A DNA stretch of 64,000 nucleotides, from the NCBI GenBank assembly GCA_900316575.1, contig ONDJ01000004.1, positions 63,736-127,735 on the forward strand, in the 5' to 3' direction. A model generated the notes under the pieces. That model was given only the letters and a program-made list of their open reading frames with translations. It did no database searches and was not told the DNA's origin. This DNA comes from an uncultured Prevotellaceae bacterium (GTDB lineage Bacteria; Bacteroidota; Bacteroidia; Bacteroidales; Bacteroidaceae). Positions 1 through 9,129 of the stretch are shown piece after piece. The translations under genes and the position numbers were made by a program. How positions within the stretch are numbered: position 1 is the first letter of the stretch; each line of letters opens with the position of its first letter.

Positions 1-687
1 GATACTTGCCTGGTGTGTAGAGAATCCGCCTGTTGAGATGGTGCTCATGGCATGGTTCACCGCGTCAAACACCGACATACCTGCCAAAATGTATGCCCCT
101 GTGCAGAGCAATGTCAGCGTGAGATAGATGCCCCATATCCAGCGTGCTGTGGTTGACACGCGCGGGTGGAGTTTTCCGATTTTGAGGCCCGTACTTTCGG
201 CTGCAAAAAGTTTGATAGACCCGCCGCTGATACTTGGCAACAGGGCCACGGTGAAGAAGATTATGCCCAAGCCTCCCATCCAGTGCATCAATGAACGCCA
301 AAAGAGTAGGCTATGGGGCATGGTGTCAAGGTTGGTCAAGGCGGTAGCTCCCGTGGTGGTAAACCCCGATGTGGCTTCAAACACAGCAACAGCAAGCCTC
401 GGATTTTCACAATATAATATAAAGGGAATAGCTCCTACGAGACTAAACATCACCCACGTCAAAGCCACGCTGAGATAGCCATCGCGCCGTGTAATCTTGC
501 GAGGAGCCCCTTGTGCGTAGTACATCAACGCACCTCCAAGGGCTATAGCGAGCAATGCTGTGATGACAAAAGGATAAAGCTTTGTTTCGGCGTAGAGAAT
601 GCCCACCCCAAGCGTAATCAGTAAGAGAAAGGCTTCGAGAAAAGCCAAAACACTCAGTATGCGTGCAACGATACGTAGGTTTATCAT
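1..687 (-). CDS. trkH: TrkH family potassium uptake membrane protein (5' part; runs off the window start)
   Basis: Manual translation from ATG at 687: MINLRIVARIL...hydrophobic helices...FEATSGFTTTGAT (Trk pore-loop motif); directly downstream of trkA. Confidence 0.9.
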   Translation of the reverse strand, partial: MINLRIVARILSVLAFLEAFLLLITLGVGILYAETKLYPFVITALLAIALGGALMYYAQGAPRKITRRDGYLSVALTWVMFSLVGAIPFILYCENPRLAVAVFEATSGFTTTGATALTNLDTMPHSLLFWRSLMHWMGGLGIIFFTVALLPSISGGSIKLFAAESTGLKIGKLHPRVSTTARWIWGIYLTLTLLCTGAYILAGMSVFDAVNHAMSTISTGGFSTHQASI

Positions 688-709
688 AGAATGAAGGAAT
701 CCAGGTGCT

Positions 710-2059
710 TTACTTGAAGAACTTTTCGAGTTTGCCGAGCGTGTTTTGTAGGCAGAAGGCTACCACGGTGTCGCCAGGTAGGATTTGTGTACGTCCGTTG
801 ATGAGTATGCCACGCCCGTTGCGCACAATTCCGCCAAGGTTTACGGTAGGGGGCAAGCCGAGTTCCATCACGGGTTTCTTTGTGACACGTGCGTCTTCGC
901 TAATAGGAATTTCGCACACATCGGCATTGGCCACCGTGAGGCTTTTAACAGTTGTGAGGTCGGCTCGGAGCATCATGCGATAAATGTGGCTGGCTGCAAT
1001 GCTCTTCTTGTTGATGATGGTGCCGATGTCGAAGTTTTCAGCGAGGCTCACGTAGTCTGTGTTTTCAACAATGGCGACGGTCTTGCGCACACCATGCTTT
1101 TTGGCATTAAGACAAGCCAAGATGTTTTTTTCGCTATTGTCCGTCATGGCTGCAAAGGCATCCACGCGGTCAATGTTTTCGTCCTCGAGCAGGTCGATGT
1201 CGGTGGCATCACCATGCAGCACCATGCAGTTGCTGTTGGTGATAAGTGAAGAGAGCCTATGGCAACGGTCAAGGTTTTTCTCAATGATGCGCACACGAAT
1301 TTGCTCGGGCAGTCGATTGACCATTTGCACGGCTGTGTCGCTGCCGCCCATCACCATGAGGTTGTTTACGTCGGGATAACCTTCCTTTCCTGCCAAAGCA
1401 CGGATTTCGGGTACGTATTGCGGCGTAGTCATGAAGAAGACGATGTCGCGCGGGCACACCACGTCGTCGCCGTGGGGTATGATGGTGTCGTCGCCGCGTT
1501 TGATGGCTACAATGTGAAAGGGTGCTTCAGGACCACAGAGCTCGCGCAGTGTCTTTTGTTCATCCACGATAGTAGCCCCATTGCGCACCTTCACGCCAAG
1601 CATCACGAGTGCACCATTGCCTACTTCCCAATACTGGCGTATCCAACTGCGCTTTATGCTTCCCGCAATCTCTTTCGCTGCAAGCAATTCGGGATAAATG
1701 ATGCTTTGCACACCTATCTCCTTAAAGAATGCCACCTGCGCCTCATGGGTAAACTCATCGTTGTCAACACGTGCCACAGTCTTCTTGGCTCCTAACTTTT
1801 TGGCCAAAATACAACACGTCAGGTTATGGGCTTCGTCGGGCGTAACGGCAACGAAGAGGTCGGCATTGCCCACGTTGGCTTCTTTCAGCGTGGTGAGTGC
1901 CATAGGGTTGCCTGCCAAGGTTTTGAGGTCGAACGTCACAGAGAGCGAAGCTACGCGCTCTTCGTGTTCGTCAATAAGTGTTATATCGTGGCGTTCGCGC
2001 GAGAGGAGTTTTGAGAGGTGCATTCCTACGGCTCCCGCGCCGGCAATAACTATCTTCAT
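710..2059 (-). CDS. trkA: Trk system potassium transporter regulatory subunit TrkA (449 aa)
   Basis: Two RCK/Rossmann repeats ([10 protein letters not shown]; LMVMGGSD) with TrkA-C domains; operon with trkH. Confidence 0.95.
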   Translation of the reverse strand: MKIVIAGAGAVGMHLSKLLSRERHDITLIDEHEERVASLSVTFDLKTLAGNPMALTTLKEANVGNADLFVAVTPDEAHNLTCCILAKKLGAKKTVARVDNDEFTHEAQVAFFKEIGVQSIIYPELLAAKEIAGSIKRSWIRQYWEVGNGALVMLGVKVRNGATIVDEQKTLRELCGPEAPFHIVAIKRGDDTIIPHGDDVVCPRDIVFFMTTPQYVPEIRALAGKEGYPDVNNLMVMGGSDTAVQMVNRLPEQIRVRIIEKNLDRCHRLSSLITNSNCMVLHGDATDIDLLEDENIDRVDAFAAMTDNSEKNILACLNAKKHGVRKTVAIVENTDYVSLAENFDIGTIINKKSIAASHIYRMMLRADLTTVKSLTVANADVCEIPISEDARVTKKPVMELGLPPTVNLGGIVRNGRGILINGRTQILPGDTVVAFCLQNTLGKLEKFFK

Positions 2060-3960
2060 ACGTTGAGCAATTTCTTAATTTCTCCTACAATGGAAGGCTC
2101 GTCAAGTCCGATGATGCGACGCTCTTCTTCCACTGTGCCATGTTCTACAAAATAGTCGGGCAGCCCCAAGCGCACGATGCGCGGTGTAAAACCATGGTCG
2201 TTCAGATATTCCATCACGGCACTACCCATACCGCCCATGCGCTGCCCGTCTTCAACGGTGAGCACCTTGCTAAACTTCTGCCCTAATTCGTTGAGCATAG
2301 CTTCGTCGAGAGGTTTGAGGAAACGCAGGTCGTAGTGTGCCACGGCATCGTGCACTCCTAATTCGCTTTCAGCCTTTTGGATGGCCTGTTCAACATCGTG
2401 CCCTATAGGCCCAAGGGTAACAACTGCAAGCCGATTGCCATCTTTGAGTTTTCGCCCTGTGCCTACAGGTATTTCTTCTAAGGGGCAACGCCAGTCTGTG
2501 AGATAGCCGCGTCCGCGTGGATAACGGATAACGAAGGTGCCTTTGCCTTCAGTCTGGGCGGTGAACATCAGTCGGCGCAGTTCGTGTTCGTCCATCGGCG
2601 AAGCGATAGTTAGATTGGGCACAGGACGCAACGCACAGAGGTCGAATGCTCCATGATGAGTGGGACCATCAGAGCCCACAAGCCCAGCGCGGTCGAAGCA
2701 AAAGACGACGGGCAGGTTCAGAATGGCAGCATCGTGTATGATATTGTCGTAAGCGCGTTGCGCAAAGGCAGAATAAATGTTGCAGAAGGGTTGCAACCCC
2801 TCTTTGGCCAAACCTGCGGCAAACGTAGCTGAATGGCCCTCGGCAATACCCACGTCGAACGTACGATCAGGCATTTCCTTCATCATCAGATTGAGACTGC
2901 AGCCCGTGGGCATAGCCGGCGTTATGCCCACAATACGTGGATTGGTGCGCGCCAGCTCGAGCAATGTTTCGCCAAACACGTCTTGAAAACGTGGTGGACG
3001 CGGTTTGCTGCTATCTTCGTGAAGGCGCTCGCCGCTTTCCAAGTCAAAACGACCAGGGGCGTGCCAAATGGTTGCATTTTGCTCAGCGGGTTCGTAACCT
3101 TTGCCTTTTACGGTATGGATGTGGAGCAACTTCGGGCCACGCATGTCTTTGATCATACGCAGCACACGCACCAACTCAATAACATCGTGCCCGTCGGTAG
3201 GACCAAAATAGCGAATATCCATGCCTTCAAACATGTTGCGCTGGCGGGTGATGAGTGCCTTCATGGCGTTGTTGAAACGCAGAATGGCACGGCGGCGACT
3301 GTCGTTGAGCAAGCCCCATCGGGTGAAAGCCTTTGTGGTGCGGGCTCGCAGGTTGTTGTAGAGACCGCCCGTGTGCAGATGGAGCAGATATTGCTTCATA
3401 CCGCCTACGCTGCGGTCGATACTCATATTGTTGTCGTTGAGAATGATGAGCATGTTATTGGGGCTCTCGCTGGCATTGTTGATGCCTTCAAAGGCTAAGC
3501 CACCGCTGAGTGCGCCATCGCCGATGATGGCTACAATGTGGCGGTTGTCTTCGCCCTTTTTGGCAGCTGCAACACTCATGCCTAATGCGGCACTGATCGA
3601 GTTGCTTGCGTGCCCACACGTGAACGTGTCGTACTCACTCTCCATGGGAGAGGGGAAGGGACGCAAGCCGCCCAACTTACGATTGGTGCTGAAAGCATCG
3701 CGACGGCCTGTGAGAATTTTATGTCCGTATGCCTGATGTCCAACGTCCCACACCAAGCGGTCGTAGGGCGTGTCGAACACATAGTGAAGGGCTACGGTAA
3801 GTTCCACCACACCAAGGCTGGAAGCCAAATGCCCAGGGTTTACAGCAAGCTCGCCAAGAATAAAACTACGCAACTCTTGGCAAACGTCGGGAAGCTTTTC
3901 TAAAGGAAGACGGCGTAGGTCGTCGGGGGAATTTATGGTGTTGAGAAAATGAAAATCCAT
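2056..3960 (-). CDS. dxs: 1-deoxy-D-xylulose-5-phosphate synthase (634 aa)
   Basis: [28 protein letters not shown]...NDN TPP motif, [15 protein letters not shown]. Confidence 0.97.
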   Translation of the reverse strand: MDFHFLNTINSPDDLRRLPLEKLPDVCQELRSFILGELAVNPGHLASSLGVVELTVALHYVFDTPYDRLVWDVGHQAYGHKILTGRRDAFSTNRKLGGLRPFPSPMESEYDTFTCGHASNSISAALGMSVAAAKKGEDNRHIVAIIGDGALSGGLAFEGINNASESPNNMLIILNDNNMSIDRSVGGMKQYLLHLHTGGLYNNLRARTTKAFTRWGLLNDSRRRAILRFNNAMKALITRQRNMFEGMDIRYFGPTDGHDVIELVRVLRMIKDMRGPKLLHIHTVKGKGYEPAEQNATIWHAPGRFDLESGERLHEDSSKPRPPRFQDVFGETLLELARTNPRIVGITPAMPTGCSLNLMMKEMPDRTFDVGIAEGHSATFAAGLAKEGLQPFCNIYSAFAQRAYDNIIHDAAILNLPVVFCFDRAGLVGSDGPTHHGAFDLCALRPVPNLTIASPMDEHELRRLMFTAQTEGKGTFVIRYPRGRGYLTDWRCPLEEIPVGTGRKLKDGNRLAVVTLGPIGHDVEQAIQKAESELGVHDAVAHYDLRFLKPLDEAMLNELGQKFSKVLTVEDGQRMGGMGSAVMEYLNDHGFTPRIVRLGLPDYFVEHGTVEEERRIIGLDEPSIVGEIKKLLNV

Positions 3961-4029
3961 AAAGCAAGTTTATAAATCCAATCAGCCAGGGACTTTTAGC
4001 TAAAAACGTGCCCCGCGATTGTAAGCAAG

Positions 4030-4037
4030 CAAAAGTA
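4030..4037 (-). promoter_or_regulatory. Bacteroidetes -7 promoter element TACTTTTG for dxs-trkA-trkH
   Basis: Matches TAnnTTTG about 70 nt upstream of the dxs ATG. Confidence 0.6.
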
Positions 4038-4131
4038 ATAAGTTTTGGTGTTATGCGGGTGCCTTAGCCGCATATTTCACCCTTTTTGCGACATTATCAG
4101 CCAAAATACAGTCTGTTATGCGCAGAAATCG

Positions 4132-4139
4132 TACATTTG
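4132..4139 (+). promoter_or_regulatory. -7 promoter element TACATTTG for the M64 peptidase gene
   Basis: Matches TAnnTTTG just upstream of ATG 4147/4180. Confidence 0.6.
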
Positions 4140-4179
4140 CGGCGGAATGAAATCAGATAAACGGCTTTCCATATCAAAC

Positions 4180-5454
4180 ATGAACAAACGTTTCGCCTTA
4201 CTTGTACTTTCTTTGTTCTCACTCCTCTCATCGGCTGTAAGTGCTAAAAATACGTTGCGCTTCAACGATTGGTTTGACGACGCAACGCTACGCCTCAACT
4301 ACATATTCAGTGGTACCAATGCCACGCAGGACATAGCTCTTCATACCATGGCCGTATCCCCAACGTGGGCAGGCAGGCGTGTAAACTTAGATACGCTACT
4401 CCTGGCAGGCAATGGGCAAGTAGAACTCTGCGACTCCGCCTCGGGGCAGCGCATCTACATCGCCTCGTTCAGCACGTTGTTTCAAGAGTGGCAACATTCC
4501 GAAGAAGCCACTCAGGTGCGCAAAGCCTTCGAAACGGTGCAACTCGTGCCAATGCCCAAACGAACCGTCTATGCCACGCTGCGCCTCTACAACAGTCGGC
4601 GCGAAGTGGTGGCAGAGATGCGTCATCGCGTTTCGCCCCATGATATTCTCATCCGACGCGGACGCGCTCAGAGCAAATACGCAGCAACACTGCTCCATGG
4701 TGGAGATGCTCGCCGTGGCATAGACCTCGTATTTGTGGCCGAGGGCTATACCGAAGCGCAGAAGGGTCTCTTTGTCAGCGATGCTCGCACTGCTATGGAG
4801 GCTCTCTTTGAGCACGAGCCTTTTCGCACATTGCGCGACCGATTCAACATCCGCGCGCTCTTTGCTCCTTCCGAGCGTGAAGACGTGAGCCGCCCTGGCC
4901 AGGGCCTTTGGCACGAAACACCCTGCGGATCGCATTTCCATACACTCTATTCCGACCGCTACTTGATGACCGACAAACTCTTTCAGCTCTATGATCTGCT
5001 CGAAAGTGTACCCACCGAACACGTCATCGTCTTGGCCAATACACCCACCTACGGCGGCGGCGGTATCTACAATCTCTATGCGATGACCAGCGCGAGGCAG
5101 GCATGGTTTCGTCCCGTTGTGGTGCACGAATTCGGACATAGTTTCGCGGGGTTGGCAGATGAATACTTCTACGACGACCAGTACGAAACCTTCTATCCAA
5201 GCGATGTTGAGCCATGGGAGCCCAATCTCACTACACTCGTTGATTTCGATAGCAAATGGGCCAATCTGTTAGGCGACCCTGAGGCTTTGCAACACGATGG
5301 AGTGGGACTCTTCGAAGGCGGTGGCTATCAAAGCAAAGGCATTTTTCGCCCATGCTTTAATTGTCGCATGAGGACAAACGAATACCACGAATTTTGCATA
5401 GTCTGTCGCCAAGCGATTGAGAAAACAATACGATATCACACTGAGCCGCTTTGA
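4180..5454 (+). CDS. Secreted M64 family (IgA peptidase-like) zinc metallopeptidase
   Basis: Signal peptide MNKRFALLVLSLFSLLSSAVSA; VVHEFGHSFAGLADEY zinc motif; C-terminal CRMR/CIVC; start trimmed from 4045 (4147 is an alternative). Confidence 0.85.
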   Translation: MNKRFALLVLSLFSLLSSAVSAKNTLRFNDWFDDATLRLNYIFSGTNATQDIALHTMAVSPTWAGRRVNLDTLLLAGNGQVELCDSASGQRIYIASFSTLFQEWQHSEEATQVRKAFETVQLVPMPKRTVYATLRLYNSRREVVAEMRHRVSPHDILIRRGRAQSKYAATLLHGGDARRGIDLVFVAEGYTEAQKGLFVSDARTAMEALFEHEPFRTLRDRFNIRALFAPSEREDVSRPGQGLWHETPCGSHFHTLYSDRYLMTDKLFQLYDLLESVPTEHVIVLANTPTYGGGGIYNLYAMTSARQAWFRPVVVHEFGHSFAGLADEYFYDDQYETFYPSDVEPWEPNLTTLVDFDSKWANLLGDPEALQHDGVGLFEGGGYQSKGIFRPCFNCRMRTNEYHEFCIVCRQAIEKTIRYHTEPL

Positions 5455-5501
5455 CTCCCCGCCAAGCATAAAAACCTTTAATAACCCTTAATCTTTCAAT
5501 T

Positions 5502-5951
5502 ATGATCCTTGCAAAACTTTCCGACAGTGCACGCTACGAAGCCGCACATCCTGCTTTAGCGAAGCTTTTTGACTATGTGAAAACCCACAACTTGCTCACA
5601 GCCCAAACCGGACGTCTTTCGCTCGACGGCGACAATTTGTTTATCAACGTTGTAGATGCCACTTTGATGACCAAAGAAGCACAGAAGTTGGAAGTGCATC
5701 GCGAATACATCGACGTGCATATTCCCCTAAGTGGCAACGAAATCATCGGCGTGCGCCACATAGACACGCTCAATGAGCCTGATGCGCCCTTTGACGAAGC
5801 GAACGATTGTGCCGTTTACACCGCTCCGGCCACAAACTATCTGGTCGTAGAACCAGGCGATTTCCTCTTGGTATATCCCGAAGACGCACACGCACCGATT
5901 ATCGGCAGTGGTAAACTGCGTAAACTCATTGCCAAAGTGCGCATCGCCTAA
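5502..5951 (+). CDS. YhcH/YjgK/YiaL (NanQ-like) sugar anomerase/cupin-like protein
   Basis: LEVHREYIDVHI and PEDAHAP motifs, 149 aa. Confidence 0.85.
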   Translation: MILAKLSDSARYEAAHPALAKLFDYVKTHNLLTAQTGRLSLDGDNLFINVVDATLMTKEAQKLEVHREYIDVHIPLSGNEIIGVRHIDTLNEPDAPFDEANDCAVYTAPATNYLVVEPGDFLLVYPEDAHAPIIGSGKLRKLIAKVRIA

Positions 5952-5976
5952 GTATAAAGCTGCCTCGTTTTTTTCC

Positions 5977-6009
5977 TTTGCACGTTTGTCTTCCTTCCCA
6001 TTACCTTTG
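5977..6009 (+). promoter_or_regulatory. Complete Bacteroidetes promoter (TTTG 5977-5980, 21-nt spacer, TACCTTTG 6002-6009) with no downstream CDS
   Basis: Consensus -33/-7 match; lies inside a palindrome spanning 5984-6041. Confidence 0.5.
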
Positions 6010-6182
6010 CTGTGTCAAAGGTCACGGGAAGGGAGACAAACAGTGTGAGTGTGGCAAAACAGCAGAAAATAGTGCTAAAAAAATGAAGCACTCAAATGAA
6101 AAATACATCCGAGGTCGTTGAAAATGCCTCGGATGTATTTTTAACCCAAATCGGTCATTAGAGATTTGAGCTTACTCGCTTC

Positions 6183-6336
6183 AAACAAAGTGTTTGCAAG
6201 CCATAAACAAAGTGTTTGAAAGCCACAAACAAAGTGTTTACACGCTTCAAACAAAGTGTTTGCAAGCCACAAACAAAGTGTTTGAAAGCCACAAACAAAG
6301 TGTTTACACGCTTCAAACAAAATGTTTACTCGCTTC
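6183..6336. repeat. 7 x 22-bp tandem array, core AAACAAAGTGTTT, with a 66-bp higher-order period
   Basis: Cores start at 6183, 6205, 6227, 6249, 6271, 6293 and 6315; 9-nt linkers cycle GCAAGCCAy/GAAAGCCAC/ACACGCTTC. Confidence 0.95.
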
Positions 6337-6518
6337 AACCCAAATCGCTCATTAGACCACTAAAATGCGTGGTCAAGCTCATAACTAATTGATAGTAACA
6401 TGTTCGTAAGTTGAATTTTCTAATGGCGGTCATTAGAAAATGCTAATATCTAATTGCTTATTTACATACTCTTACAAATGCGACTACGAAAAAAAGCTCT
6501 AATGACCGAAATGGGTTT

Positions 6519-6600
6519 GACGAGCTCGGATGTATTTTAGACGAGCTCGGATGTATTTTAGACGAGCTCGGATGTTGTTCCGACGAGGTCCGATCTCGTC
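6519..6600. repeat. 21-bp tandem array GACGAGCTCGGATGTATTTTA; the last unit is self-palindromic
   Basis: Units at 6519, 6540, 6561 and 6582 (GACGAG-gtccgat-CTCGTC); core CTCGGATGTATTT also forms the hairpin at 6099-6142. Confidence 0.9.
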
Positions 6601-6645
6601 ATTGTTTTGCCAAATATCAAGTTTCTGGACTCAAAGGTGGTCAAA

Positions 6646-6690
6646 AAATAATCCGCTATCGCTTATTCAAGTTGCGATAGCGGATTATTT
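6646..6690. terminator. Bidirectional intrinsic terminator hairpin
   Basis: AAATAATCCGCTATCGC / GCGATAGCGGATTATTT perfect 17-bp stem. Confidence 0.8.
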
Positions 6691-6744
6691 GATTGCGTAG
6701 CGAAGCGTTTTTTCGGCCTCAAGCACTACAAGGCATAAAGCAAA

Positions 6745-7764
6745 TCATTTCACCTCTTTCACCCAGCCGTATTGAAAACCATCAACCGTTTTGTTCTCAC
6801 TGAGGAACGTGGCAGCCTCAGCAAAGGAGGCAAAGGCTGAATAGTGGACACTGAAATCACGACCATTCGTCTCAATACGGCCATCGTTCATGCCAGCCGC
6901 TTGCAAACGTTCAATAAATGCTTCTGCATAGGCTTGACTCAAACCGCCTACCAATACAATGGTAAAGGGTTTAGAAGCCGACGGAACAACTTCAGCCTTT
7001 TGCGCTTGCAATGCAACAGCTTTTCGAACAGCATCAGATACAGCCTTCTTTTGCTGTCCTAAAGACAATCGAACATTTGCGGAAGCTTCATTGAAATCGG
7101 CATCTTTTTTCGCCTCTGCCTGAATAGTCTTAGGCTGCGAAGCAAAAGCTTCGGTCATAAACAACTTGGCTTCGTACGGCTGCGAAGCATCGCTGCTCGC
7201 CGGCGCATTCCAACTGAAGTAGCAGAACAGACCACACACGGCTGCCGCTGCAGCGTTGGCCACGCTGCGATGAATACGCACCACATAGCCATTGCCCTCG
7301 CGACGGATCAAACCGCGAGATAGATTGGTCCCTTTGTCGGATTGCTTCAAAGGCTGGGCCGAAATATATTCTAAACCATAGAAACCAGGCGAAACAAGTC
7401 CGTCTTGAGCGGGTTCAAATTCTGTGCGACCTTCAACATTGGGCGATAGACGACCTATGCCCGCGATGTCATAATGTCCGATTGTGAAGAGCTGGTCTTT
7501 GATGTCGGCCACCTTGTCCTCAACAGCTTTTTGCATCTCAGGGAAAGTGGCATCGTAGGTTTGCATCAACGACTGGACAAGCAGTCCATCGTTCATCTGC
7601 AAATCGGCATTAAAAGCAACAAGACGGGTAGGAGGATAAAACTTTTGGCTCTCTTGGTCGTAACGCGCTGGCACATATTGTGCAACAAATCCGCCTAACT
7701 CGGGAACAATCACGCAGTTATGCTCAAGGAGTAATGATCTAAGGTGTTTCGAAATGCTAAACAT
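6745..7764 (-). CDS. HU-CCDC81-like N-terminal domains + hydrophobic segment + C-terminal SPOR-like domain protein
   Basis: HNCVIVPELGGFVAQY and IAGIGRL HU-like motifs; hydrophobic AAAAAVCGLFCYFSW; C-terminal FTIVLVGG...A..F...L...VHYSAFAS SPOR-like pattern; start trimmed to ATG 7764. Confidence 0.7.
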   Translation of the reverse strand: MFSISKHLRSLLLEHNCVIVPELGGFVAQYVPARYDQESQKFYPPTRLVAFNADLQMNDGLLVQSLMQTYDATFPEMQKAVEDKVADIKDQLFTIGHYDIAGIGRLSPNVEGRTEFEPAQDGLVSPGFYGLEYISAQPLKQSDKGTNLSRGLIRREGNGYVVRIHRSVANAAAAAVCGLFCYFSWNAPASSDASQPYEAKLFMTEAFASQPKTIQAEAKKDADFNEASANVRLSLGQQKKAVSDAVRKAVALQAQKAEVVPSASKPFTIVLVGGLSQAYAEAFIERLQAAGMNDGRIETNGRDFSVHYSAFASFAEAATFLSENKTVDGFQYGWVKEVK

Positions 7765-8044
7765 GCCACAAATGTAGGGGCAAAGTTTGAGTAGAACAAG
7801 CCTTTGTTTGAGAAAATTTGGCAAAAAAACGAACAAAATCGGAGTAAAAAATTATGAGCTTGTTCTACCATCTGCAAATCAATAAATTACTGCGCTCTAT
7901 TAAACAAACAAAACACGGTTTTTGTGCTAAAGTTCTTGTTCACAAACGGCAGTCTGCCCATCGCAGTGCCCTGTGAGCGTGGGCATTTCTGTAGTGGAAT
8001 TGGTATAATATATAGTACGCCCCTTAAGAGAGTTTACGTTTCTG

Positions 8045-8840
8045 TTATTCCATCAGCCATTTCCAAGCTGGAATAACCTCAATATTGCCGAAAGAGTCAG
8101 TTATAGCTTCCTCCTCATCAAAAGTTATTATGACGCGACGCTTACAGGGTAGCCGTTTGGTTAGTTTCTGAAGTGCTTCTACCTCACGTTTTCGGGTTTC
8201 TTCGTCACAAAGTGAATAGCTTACCTGGATAGCCAGCTGCTCATCGGGAATATAGAAATCCACCTCATATTTGTCATTGTAGAAGAACACACGATCGTAG
8301 CCAAGATCGTGACCATATATTCGGAATAGGTGAATGGCTATGAGATTTTCTAAGAGCATGGCTTCCTTGTTAATGAGAAATAGACCAAGGATGCCTGGAT
8401 CTATAAAGTAGTATTTGCAGTTGCTCTCCCTTTCAGCAAGACTGGTTGCAAAGTTGCGAAGTCGCAGCAGCAGCCATGCATCTTCACAATAATCAACATA
8501 TTTGATCGTAGTAGCTAAACTAAGCTTTCCCCCAACGCTTGACAGAAGATTGTTAATGCGGTTGTATGATATAGGACGGCAAACGCTTTCAGCCAACTTC
8601 CTGACCAACACACGCATTCCTGCCACATTGGTTTAGATAGAGCATCTCATCCCAATTATGTCCTTCAGCAAGTAGCTGTTGTATGCGGTGATAGAGCATA
8701 TAAGATTTTCCTGCGCGTCGCACACCAACGAGGACTCTGCACGAGAACCCGTCAAGTTGAATGTTTCGAGGCTCAACGACATAACGCTCAACTTCCTGTT
8801 GATTCTCGCGTAAGATTTGTTTTAAAATTTGCTTATCCAT
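8045..8840 (-). pseudogene. AAA_14/DUF4143 ATP-binding protein, internally deleted and frameshifted
   Basis: Fragment 1 has Walker A GVRRAGKS and breaks at MLYLN (usually followed by FED); fragment 2 (different frame, joined at about 8630) has YYFIDPG, LEN..A..L and EVDFY...IQVSY DUF4143 motifs. Confidence 0.8.
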
Positions 8841-9019
8841 CTTCAGTCCGATTAAACCATCGGAAAAGTTGCAAATTGTTTAATGAATTAGCAAACTTTC
8901 GCCTGATTTTATTTAATCTATTAAACAAAATCGCCTTCAGACAGTTTCCTGCCTACCACTAAGCCCTTGCATCGCGGCATACTGAGAGTAACCAAAGGTG
9001 CAGACGTCTCAATAAAAAA

Positions 9020-9057
9020 AACTTCCCTTGACACCTCTATGGGAGACAAGGGAAGTT
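9020..9057 (-). terminator. Hairpin AACTTCCCTTG-N16-CAAGGGAAGTT; terminator for the rimO/HU-LysM operon and member of a repeated family
   Basis: 11-bp perfect arms followed by a T-tract on the minus strand; near-identical arms at 21995-22032 and 41105-41141. Confidence 0.75.
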
Positions 9058-9129
9058 CTAATATTCATAAATGTATAAGTAGTAGGCCGCAGTTTTATCA
9101 TTTTAGAATAAGAACCAAATATGCTGCTA

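Noticed and set aside
5984-6041. Bacteroides-type invertible promoter
   Set aside because: Only 26 bp separate the inverted repeats, the -33 box lies outside them, and no recombinase is nearby
6141-6338. 65-aa ORF with repeated peptides
   Set aside because: It is simply the translation of the 66-bp DNA repeat, with no promoter or initiation context
6183-6600. CRISPR array
   Set aside because: Linkers are only 9 nt and nearly constant, there are no unique spacers, and no cas genes are present
7998-8025. dif/Xer site (AATTGGTATAA-tatata-...)
   Set aside because: Only the XerC-like arm is similar; the conserved TTATGTTAAAT arm is absent
8940-9010. TPP or glycine riboswitch (CTGAGA / CTCTCAG motifs)
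   Set aside because: The remaining conserved cores are missing and no relevant gene lies downstream
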